A stretch of DNA of 64,000 nucleotides, taken from the NCBI GenBank assembly GCA_963732385.1, contig CAVSZB010000007.1, positions 608,001 to 672,000 on the forward strand, given 5' to 3'. Within the stretch, counting starts at the first letter, position 1. Each line of letters begins with the position of its first letter. Source of the DNA: an uncultured bacterium. Lineage in GTDB: Bacteria; Krumholzibacteriota; Krumholzibacteriia; LZORAL124-64-63. The position numbers and the translations under genes were made by a program. Shown here piece after piece: positions 63,714 through 64,000 of the stretch. Below the pieces are notes generated by a model. The model ran no database searches, was not told the origin of the DNA, and saw nothing but the letters and a program-made list of their open reading frames with translations.

Positions 63714-63764
63714 CTCGGTACCGCCTCCTGTCAGATTCGCCCCGCGCGATCCGCCGCGCGCGGC

Positions 63765-64000
63765 CTATTCCACCGCGTCCGCGGCGTCCGGGGTAGCCTT
63801 CTTCTGCGTGGCGCGGCCCCGTTCCGGGCCGCCCGCTTCGGTCGCCTCCGGCAGATCGGGGCGCCGCGTCCGAGTCCTGATCCGCGCCTGCTCGCGCCGC
63901 CATGCCTCAATCCGGGCATGATGTCCCGAAAGCAGGATCTCCGGCACCGCCAGTTCGCGGTAGACCGGCGGCCGCGTGTACCACGGACCGTCGAGTCCCC
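63765..64000 (-). CDS. trmD: tRNA (guanine-N1)-methyltransferase, 3' part
   Basis: [34 protein letters not shown]...TRRPDL; directly upstream of rplS. Confidence 0.93.
   Translation of the reverse strand, partial: GLDGPWYTRPPVYRELAVPEILLSGHHARIEAWRREQARIRTRTRRPDLPEATEAGGPERGRATQKKATPDAADAVE

Overview
High-GC bacterial chromosomal window, mostly housekeeping. The FlgD-Ig/T9SS-type C-terminal domain and 16S signatures suggest an FCB-related candidate lineage such as Krumholzibacteriota/Latescibacterota, but this is inference only. In order, the window holds: the 3' end of an acyl-CoA dehydrogenase; a complete complex I operon nuoA-N (minus strand, nuoCD split at a G7 run); TPR, class IV aminotransferase, FTCD and MFS genes; an orphan Wzc-like co-polymerase/tyrosine-kinase pair; a zinc-peptidase lipoprotein, sppA, a domain-swapped ADP-forming acyl-CoA synthetase and a small beta-barrel; a full rRNA operon (16S, tRNA-Ile, tRNA-Ala, 23S, 5S) with tandem promoters; PBP1A; deoB-cdd-deoC-pdp; rarA-pfkA; tryptophanase; leuS; an HDOD-PP2C-STAS module; an S8 protease split at a G8 run; and yraN-rnhB-rplS-trmD. 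Two items stand out. (1) A ~2,170-aa protein directly downstream of leuS appears to chain TPR-, exonuclease-, DinG-, RecQ- and UvrD-like modules, all with degenerate catalytic motifs. (2) DeoC carries an N-terminal extension resembling a microcompartment encapsulation peptide. No CRISPR array, IS or prophage was seen. All assignments come from reading motifs by eye; no database searches were run.
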